A stretch of DNA of 15,972 nt, from assembly GCA_050177605.1 (NCBI GenBank), contig JBFXGX010000034.1:1-15972 (forward strand), read 5' to 3'. A model generated the notes under the pieces. That model saw only the letters and a list, made by a program, of their open reading frames with translations. It made no database searches and was not told the DNA's origin. Positions 10,230-15,972 of this stretch are shown here, in pieces. This DNA is from Candidatus Izemoplasmatales bacterium. GTDB lineage: Bacteria; Bacillota_I; Bacilli_A; Izemoplasmatales; Hujiaoplasmataceae. The translations under genes were made by a program, and so were the position numbers. Position 1 is the first letter of the stretch. Every line of letters begins with the position of its first letter.

Positions 10230-11210
10230 TTATTTTAGACAAGATTTACTAGTAATCTTCTTTGGTGCTCTTAATCTTTTATCACTATCAGCTGGTCGAA
10301 TTTCAACCTCAACATTAGAGATATCTGAAAATAATGGCCGTAAAAATTCTTCCTTCTTTTCGTCGATAAAACCAACAATGGAGAATCTTGTGCCCAAACA
10401 GACAACATATTTCTCCGATTGATATATTTTTTTCATTACTTCAAGTTCGCTTTTCATACGATTAATAACAAGTTCGTGTTTTTGAAGATATTCATCAAGT
10501 AATTTTTTTGATTTATCAATCTGTTTTTTTGTTGTGGATAATTCTTTTTCCAACATACCTAAAGCTTCTGCGGGCGTCCCGTGTACAAAATCCGGTATAA
10601 AAACTCGTTCAAAAAGTAACGATGAAAAGATATTATCCACCGCTCTTTCATATCCATTCGTTGCGAAATACATACACCATGAGGATTCCTCGTCTTCAGC
10701 AAATGATTTAAATATGAAGGGTGTATTATGATAATATTCTAGTTTTGCAACACTATCTAAAGGTAGTTTACCGACGCGCGCATTCACATAATCACACTCA
10801 AAAATATCATCAAGACTAACATTGAGCGTCTCTAAATACCCTACTTGTTTTTTTGCATCATCATATTTAGAATAGAGGGTTTCAAGCATAACCAATTCTT
10901 CGTTATATGATTGAATATGCAGATGCACTTCTTTGATTTCTTTTGATATGTCATCGAGTGTATCATTAATACCCTCTATTTTTGAAGGTTCAAAAGATGT
11001 ATGACATTCTTTTTCAATTTCGCTTAGTTCTTGTAATAATGGTGTAGCGTTGTCTTTGGAAGACAAGGATTTACTGCCATGAACTGTTTGAACGATTTTT
11101 TCTGATTCAACAAGTTCAATACAAGGAAATGATGTGATGCGTTCAAGCACTTTTGAAACATCATCCATGTAAGCAAGTATATTCACAAGTTTCATTTTAG
11201 GCTTTGCCAT
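10230..11210 (-). CDS. Paralog of the subunit I N-terminal soluble domain, lacking the membrane domain
   Basis: Aligns by eye with the atpI N-half (SLDDIFECDYV/SLDDVFSCDYV; PFIFKSF; WCMYF; VDNIFSSL; IPDFVHGTP) and ends near the PPT linker; GGAGG RBS. Confidence 0.88.
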   Translation of the reverse strand: MAKPKMKLVNILAYMDDVSKVLERITSFPCIELVESEKIVQTVHGSKSLSSKDNATPLLQELSEIEKECHTSFEPSKIEGINDTLDDISKEIKEVHLHIQSYNEELVMLETLYSKYDDAKKQVGYLETLNVSLDDIFECDYVNARVGKLPLDSVAKLEYYHNTPFIFKSFAEDEESSWCMYFATNGYERAVDNIFSSLLFERVFIPDFVHGTPAEALGMLEKELSTTKKQIDKSKKLLDEYLQKHELVINRMKSELEVMKKIYQSEKYVVCLGTRFSIVGFIDEKKEEFLRPLFSDISNVEVEIRPADSDKRLRAPKKITSKSCLK

Positions 11211-11220
11211 CGTGTCCTCC

Positions 11221-12258
11221 TTAATAAATAAGCATTTTTTTAATTTCTAATTCCTCTAAGTCGTACCTTATACCTTCAATAATATTGAAGATATTTTGTT
11301 GTTCAATTTCTGATAAGATGACATAGGCTGCAAAAACGGTCGGTGCATCATAGGAGAAATTCATAAATCTCTTTGCTAAATTGTATTTTAAATGATCTGC
11401 AAGATACTCGATGTAAACATAGTCATCTTCGTCAATATATTCTTTATACTCTGAACTATGCATATTCTTCAAAATATCGTCAGGATTAGCTAGTGACATT
11501 AAATCCAACATTTTATTTCTACTGATTCTAGAATACTTTAGTAACAACGAATCCTCAATAACATTATTGGGTGCGTGATAGAACTTTTTCATTCTATAAA
11601 TTTTAACAATATTCAGCAGTTCAATATTAGTCAAAAAGATATTTCTTAAATCCTTTAATATTTTTCCTTTATATAACTTTTCAATTCTAGCGAACACGGT
11701 ATCATAATAATATTCTTGGAAAGCGCGCTCTAAAATTGCATGATTTAATTCTTCCTTTGGCATATTTGTAAAAGGCAACAAGATTTGATAATAAGGAGTA
11801 TCTTTGATCACTTCTAACAAGTTTTGAAAACTTCGTGCTTTGGATAACTCTAGAATATCAAAACTTGCATGACGGACAAAATAGATTGGCAATTCCGCAA
11901 TCGCTAATTGATATTCCCCTGATATGACAGAGTGCGCAGCGGTAAGCAAAATATCTGTTTCCCTTCGAATGATATTCATTTCAAAAAATCCTTTATCACT
12001 CGAATCAATGAACTTAATCAAACGAATAACATAATTAAAATTCGCTTTTTTGATTAATTCCTCAAGTTGTCCGCGATGAATAGAATTTTCTTGAATATCT
12101 TGTAATATTTCTTTAAATTTTTTGGAGTTCTTTAGGTACTCCGCAACATCACCAACAGTATTCTTCTTTGTAAGTTCAGTATAATCTAGTGGAGTTAATC
12201 TTCTTCCGTAGATGGCCTTTGCTTTCGTGATTATTGCATTACTAGCCCATTTAGACAT
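11221..12258 (-). CDS. atpC: V/A-type ATP synthase subunit C (d)
   Basis: N-terminal AIITKAKAIYGRRLT, HRGQLE, C-terminal EQQNIFNIIEGIRY; 345 aa; operon context. Confidence 0.9.
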   Translation of the reverse strand: MSKWASNAIITKAKAIYGRRLTPLDYTELTKKNTVGDVAEYLKNSKKFKEILQDIQENSIHRGQLEELIKKANFNYVIRLIKFIDSSDKGFFEMNIIRRETDILLTAAHSVISGEYQLAIAELPIYFVRHASFDILELSKARSFQNLLEVIKDTPYYQILLPFTNMPKEELNHAILERAFQEYYYDTVFARIEKLYKGKILKDLRNIFLTNIELLNIVKIYRMKKFYHAPNNVIEDSLLLKYSRISRNKMLDLMSLANPDDILKNMHSSEYKEYIDEDDYVYIEYLADHLKYNLAKRFMNFSYDAPTVFAAYVILSEIEQQNIFNIIEGIRYDLEELEIKKMLIY

Positions 12259-12278
12259 ATTGTCTCCCCCTTTCGGAG

Positions 12279-12590
12279 TTATTCTTTAATACAGTCTTGA
12301 TAGATTGATTCAATCCATTCGTCACTTTTCAATGCAAAAGAAGACTCGAGTTCCTTGAGTGATTTCTCGAATTCAACTCTGTTTAGTTTTTTTCTTTCTT
12401 CAAGTTCGGCTAACATTTTTGTTTTTTCGATGTTTAACTTCTCTTTCGCCTCACTCTTATATTTTTTTTCGAGGCGCAATCTTTCTTCTCTTAAAACATC
12501 ACTGATATGTTCTTTCTCTTTAGTGAGTTTCAAAACTTCATTTCGCGCTTTTTTGTCAAGTTCAATGACGTCCCTAATTAGATTTTCCAT
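12279..12590 (-). CDS. Probable V/A-type ATPase peripheral stalk subunit G/H
   Basis: About 103-aa highly charged helical protein, first gene of the operon. Start chosen at ATG 12590 (MENLIRDV) behind RBS GGAGTG; the track start at 12629 overlaps the -10 box. Confidence 0.7.
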   Translation of the reverse strand: MENLIRDVIELDKKARNEVLKLTKEKEHISDVLREERLRLEKKYKSEAKEKLNIEKTKMLAELEERKKLNRVEFEKSLKELESSFALKSDEWIESIYQDCIKE

Positions 12591-12627
12591 GGATTTCACT
12601 CCTTTTGTAATTGAAGAGTACTTCTTC

Positions 12628-12656
12628 ATTATAGCACCGATTTTTGAAGGTGACTA
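12628..12656 (-). promoter_or_regulatory. Promoter of the V/A-ATPase operon
   Basis: Extended -10 TGCTATAAT (12636-12628) and TAGTCA 17 nt upstream of TATAAT. Confidence 0.6.
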
Positions 12657-12688
12657 ATCTATTGATTATTTTCTCCAAAATTCCAAAA

Positions 12689-12702
12689 TTAAAACGTTTT
12701 CA
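12689..12702. promoter_or_regulatory. cre-like / LacI-family operator palindrome
   Basis: TGAAAACGTTTTAA on the minus strand (core AAAACGTTTT palindrome), upstream of the ATPase promoter. Confidence 0.4.
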
Positions 12703-12715
12703 AAATCCTTTTCTT

Positions 12716-12745
12716 AAAAAGAAAAAGCTCCCAGAAGAGCTTTTT
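12716..12745 (-). terminator. Intrinsic terminator after the HMA gene
   Basis: AAAAAGCTC-6nt-GAGCTTTTT hairpin with a U-rich tail on the minus strand. Confidence 0.7.
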
Positions 12746-12950
12746 ACATTTTCACGATTTGTTCAAGGTGATACCCTTCTTCTTGTAAGGCTTGAGATAT
12801 AACTTTTTCTGATACATATCCTTCGAAAGTAGCATAGCCTCCATCTTTTGATACAGTAACGTCAGTTATCCCATAGATGTTTTCTAACACATACTTAATA
12901 TCTCTTGCACAACCTTCACAACAAATGTTAGATATGATGGCTTTTTTCAT
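12744..12950 (-). CDS. Heavy-metal-associated (HMA) domain protein, CopZ-like chaperone
   Basis: 68 aa, CxxC in NICCEGC, C-terminal ALQEEGY typical of HMA domains; RBS GAGGTGA. Confidence 0.85.
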   Translation of the reverse strand: MKKAIISNICCEGCARDIKYVLENIYGITDVTVSKDGGYATFEGYVSEKVISQALQEEGYHLEQIVKM

Positions 12951-12992
12951 TGATCATCACCTCAATCATAGATATAGTTAATTACACTCATA

Positions 12993-13021
12993 ATTATAAT
13001 ACTTTCATAATTAAGTGTCAA
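12993..13021 (-). promoter_or_regulatory. Consensus SigA promoter of the HMA gene
   Basis: TTGACA (13021-13016), exactly 17 nt, TATAAT (12998-12993). Confidence 0.85.
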
Positions 13022-13064
13022 ATGGGAATCCCCAGATAAGCGATTTCATCACACAATCTACATA

Positions 13065-13898
13065 TTATGATAACTTAGGAATGTATGCAGATACATTTAT
13101 TCCAAGGTTTTCAGCAAATTTGATTGCCTTATCAATATCATTATGATGTAGATGATCTGGATGATGTGCATCAACACCAATAATCACTTTAATCTCTTTA
13201 TAAGTGGTAACAATTTTCCAAAAATCATATCTCGGATAAGCATATTTTTCAATACCACCATCAAAAAATCTAGGACGATGAAATCCACCAACATTAATTT
13301 CTAAAAAGACATCGTTTTTGATGGCTGCTTCAACAATCATCCTTGTAGCTTTTTCACACACTTCATCAAAAACATATTGATTGTTTTTTTTGTAATGATA
13401 GACAAAAATATCCGGGTGTGCCATAACCGTGAATAGTCCGGAGTTCAGTGCCTCAACTGTGATACTTGCATACTTCATGATCAAATCTTCATTCATTAAC
13501 TCATATACATTATAAAACTCATCTCCATCAGGAAAATAATGCATTCCTAAGATGAGGTAGTCTAGTTCTTTTCTTAGTTTTGAAAGATAAGGTTGAATTG
13601 CAGGAAAATATTCAATCTCTAGGCCTAAAAACAAATTGATTTGCTTTGTATATTGTGACTTTAAAGAATGGAACGTTGGCAAATAAACCTGCTTGAAATC
13701 ATCATAATTCATTTGTAAGTCCAACCCAAAATCCTTGTAATAGTGTTTCGGTAAATCACTCGTAAGTATCGGGCCGTGATCCGAAATCCCTAAAATAGTA
13801 TATCCGCTCCTAATAGCGCTTTTTATATAATCTTCCATTTCGCCTTCCGCATGTCCACATAAGGCAAGATGAGTGTGGTAATTCGCTGTTAACTTCAT
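13065..13898 (-). CDS. PHP-domain phosphatase, histidinol-phosphatase (HisJ/HisK) family
   Basis: NYHTH...CGHA, GISDHGP, GLEIEY, AHPD and GVDAHHP metal-binding motifs. Confidence 0.88.
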   Translation of the reverse strand: MKLTANYHTHLALCGHAEGEMEDYIKSAIRSGYTILGISDHGPILTSDLPKHYYKDFGLDLQMNYDDFKQVYLPTFHSLKSQYTKQINLFLGLEIEYFPAIQPYLSKLRKELDYLILGMHYFPDGDEFYNVYELMNEDLIMKYASITVEALNSGLFTVMAHPDIFVYHYKKNNQYVFDEVCEKATRMIVEAAIKNDVFLEINVGGFHRPRFFDGGIEKYAYPRYDFWKIVTTYKEIKVIIGVDAHHPDHLHHNDIDKAIKFAENLGINVSAYIPKLS

Positions 13899-13945
13899 AA
13901 TTTATCACCCTCTACATTCTATCATTTTTAAGGGTAAATAGAAAT

Positions 13946-13984
13946 GAAAAAGAAAAAATAAAAGAACCCCCAGGGAAGGGGTTC
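13946..13984 (-). terminator. Intrinsic terminator after the TPR regulator
   Basis: GAACCCC-7nt-GGGGTTC stem followed by a long U-rich tract on the minus strand. Confidence 0.85.
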
Positions 13985-14001
13985 AATGTATGGGGAAAAC
14001 C

Positions 14002-15297
14002 TTAAAGGATGTAATCTGCTGGTTGGGAGTCCGAAGGAAGTTTTGTTTGTTTCTTGTTGTTCGTTCCTTCGAATAAACTTTTTGCTAATTCTTGAATGTA
14101 GCTACCTCTTAATGCATAACCAGGCATTTGTTCTTCTGCAGTCCTGTATGCTTTGTCGAGATTATCTTCCTTATTAAAGTAAGAACGGAAGAATTGGATA
14201 AGACTTAAATACTCATAATTATATTTTTTGTCTTTATGAAGCAATTCTAACTCCACAGTGTAGTTATTTGCTTCATCGATGCGATTTAATTTATATAGGC
14301 AATAGGTTTTCATGATAGACTCGTAATCTGGCTTTTTCAAAACGCCATCGAGAATTATGTTATAGTGTTCAAGTGCTTCAGAATAATTTTCCTCCATAAG
14401 TAAGCAGTCTGCATAGTTCAGTTCTGTTGCACGAAGTAGTTTATCAAGCTTACTATAAGAAATATATACCAAGTTTTTCCTTAATAATCGTTTTGCTTCA
14501 TCAATATTGCCAAGTTTCTTATATAGTGCAGCAATATTCACTCTACAGAAAACAGCACGTACATAATTTAGTTGTTCTTCTAGTTTTGGAAGTGCTTTGT
14601 TCGCATAAATTAATGCGTTAATAAAATCACTTATTAAAGAATAACTAAATGAAATATGATAATTTGCAGTTGGTTCTAATTCTGGATAATTCACAGCTAA
14701 ATAAGACGTGAGTCGTGCATAATGAACAACATTTTCGCGATCTTTTTCGATTGCGGATTTGGTACACATAAAATCATAATATAAGAAACGATGTTCACTA
14801 GACATTTTATCCACGAAATTGGATAAAAATGCGATGGCTTCATTTTGTTTCTCACGGTGCATTTGTCTTGAATAGTTTATGTCGGTAATATAGAAGATTA
14901 ATTGAGCTAAATAAAACTCAATCATTAATATCGAATTTTCATAGAGGGCTTTCTTTTCATTAATACTATCAAAGTGCTTTTTGACCTCATCAGATTGAGA
15001 AAAACAAACAGACGTATAAAAACGGCTAAAGTTTTGGTCCAATTCTTCAATAGTGCTTGGATCAATTTTAGTCTGAATATTAAGATAATTAGCCATTTTG
15101 TCAACCATCTCTTCATAACCGATAAACCCTTTTAATTGGGCTCTTCGATAATTAGAAGTTGCGATTTTGGCTGACTCGTTGATTTCTTTCTGTGTTACTT
15201 GGTCCTTCTTTTTTAAATACTCAATCATGACAAGTTTGTCAAAATTTTCTTTAAAATAGAACGCACACGAAAAGTCATAGATAGTCATGAAAATCAT
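14002..15297 (-). CDS. Tetratricopeptide-repeat protein with putative N-terminal XRE-like HTH (RRNPP-like peptide-responsive regulator)
   Basis: N-terminal KKKDQVTQKEINESAKIATSNYRR resembles an XRE HTH. TPR-like helices include FINALIYANKAL, VNIAALYKKLGNIDEAKRLLRK and NYADCLLMEENYSEALEHY. True start may be ATG 15288 (better spacing from AGGG). Confidence 0.75.
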   Translation of the reverse strand: MIFMTIYDFSCAFYFKENFDKLVMIEYLKKKDQVTQKEINESAKIATSNYRRAQLKGFIGYEEMVDKMANYLNIQTKIDPSTIEELDQNFSRFYTSVCFSQSDEVKKHFDSINEKKALYENSILMIEFYLAQLIFYITDINYSRQMHREKQNEAIAFLSNFVDKMSSEHRFLYYDFMCTKSAIEKDRENVVHYARLTSYLAVNYPELEPTANYHISFSYSLISDFINALIYANKALPKLEEQLNYVRAVFCRVNIAALYKKLGNIDEAKRLLRKNLVYISYSKLDKLLRATELNYADCLLMEENYSEALEHYNIILDGVLKKPDYESIMKTYCLYKLNRIDEANNYTVELELLHKDKKYNYEYLSLIQFFRSYFNKEDNLDKAYRTAEEQMPGYALRGSYIQELAKSLFEGTNNKKQTKLPSDSQPADYIL

Positions 15298-15360
15298 CCC
15301 TTGTTAAATATATGCTAAACTCATGTCGTACTCAGCACATCTCAACAAGAATAATACTTT

Positions 15361-15819
15361 TTAGATTGAGAATGCGTGAGTTGGGTACATGAATTCTGGC
15401 TCGTCATCATCTGCTACAAATTGGAATCCTTTTCCTGGATACATGAATTCTGGTTCATCGTCATCCGCTAGTAATTGGAATCCTTTTCCTGGGTACATAA
15501 ATTCTGGTTCATCATCATCTGCTAGTAATTGGAATCCTTTTCCTGGATACATAAATTCTGGTTCGTCGTCATCAGCTACGAATTGGAATCCTTTTCCTGG
15601 ATACATGAATTCTGGTTCATCGTCATCAGCTACGAATTGGAATCCTTTTCCTGGATACATAAATTCTGGTTCGTCGTCATCAGCCACGAATTGGAATCCT
15701 TTTCCCGGATACATGAATTCTGGTTCATCATCGTCTGCTGCATTAACAACTGCTAGTGATCCTGCAAATAAAAACGTAAATAAAACTACAAATAAAGATT
15801 TCACAAATAAATTTTTCAT
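15361..15819 (-). CDS. Secreted precursor with Sec signal peptide and seven tandem peptide units (putative multi-copy signalling propeptide)
   Basis: MKNLFVKSLFVVLFTFLFAGSLAVVNA (basic N-region, hydrophobic core, V-N-A cleavage site), then 6x ADDDEPEFMYPGKGFQ(FV/LL) and ADDDEPEFMYPTHAFSI; RBS AGGGGG. Confidence 0.88.
   Translation of the reverse strand: MKNLFVKSLFVVLFTFLFAGSLAVVNAADDDEPEFMYPGKGFQFVADDDEPEFMYPGKGFQFVADDDEPEFMYPGKGFQFVADDDEPEFMYPGKGFQLLADDDEPEFMYPGKGFQLLADDDEPEFMYPGKGFQFVADDDEPEFMYPTHAFSI
15364..15738 (-). repeat. Coding tandem repeat, 54-bp unit, about 7 copies
   Basis: Head-to-tail 54-bp units with no spacers; differences are mostly at third codon positions of the minus-strand frame. 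Confidence 0.97.
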
Positions 15820-15896
15820 AAAATTGCCCCCTGAATGTTTTTAATTTTTTTTGTTGTACATGACTAAAAAAACTGTGTGTTCTATGATTAATTACC

Positions 15897-15964
15897 ATAT
15901 TATCACACCATTCAAGGTTTGTAAATATTCTTAATTGATAATATTTTACATTATTATTATACCA
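15897..15964 (-). promoter_or_regulatory. Candidate promoter region of the precursor gene
   Basis: Extended -10 TGGTATAAT at 15964-15956, a second candidate TTTACA...TGTGATAATAT at about 15925-15897, and an imperfect inverted repeat at 15920-15950. Confidence 0.45.
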
Positions 15965-15972
15965 TTTCCAAG

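Noticed and set aside
8283..11210. Frameshifted or split atpI pseudogene
   Set aside because: The downstream atpI is complete with its own N-terminal domain and RBS, so the upstream ORF is a duplicate rather than a broken half.
13065..13898. PHP phosphatase as part of the peptide/TPR system
   Set aside because: It is separated from the TPR gene by a strong intrinsic terminator; only adjacency supports a link.
15364..15738. CRISPR array interpretation of the regular repeats
   Set aside because: Units are contiguous 54-bp copies with no unique spacers, variation is codon-synonymous, and no cas genes are present in the window.
15389..15844. Plus-strand repetitive ORFs (15389..15844 and 15529..15756)
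   Set aside because: Shadows of the repeat on the opposite strand. The minus frame has the RBS, the signal peptide and the synonymous variation pattern.

Overview
Low-GC bacterial chromosomal window with every supported gene on the minus strand. TGA is used as a stop (e.g. atpF), so the genetic code is standard code 11. A Bacillota/Mollicutes-like origin is inferred, not established. In transcription order (right to left) it contains: (1) a secreted precursor with a signal peptide and seven tandem 18-aa units (ADDDEPEFMYPGKGFQ[FV/LL]); (2) an HTH+TPR protein resembling RRNPP peptide receptors; (3) a PHP-family phosphatase; (4) a CopZ-like HMA protein; (5) a complete V/A-type ATPase operon (G/H, C, an extra soluble-only subunit I paralog, I, K, F, E, A, B, D); (6) tRNA-Trp(CCA); (7) a membrane GGDEF protein; (8) a small Cys-motif protein; (9) a U32-family protein running off the left edge. 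The best novelty candidate is the multi-copy peptide precursor plus TPR receptor pair, a putative peptide-signalling system. The second is the stand-alone duplicate of the subunit I soluble domain.
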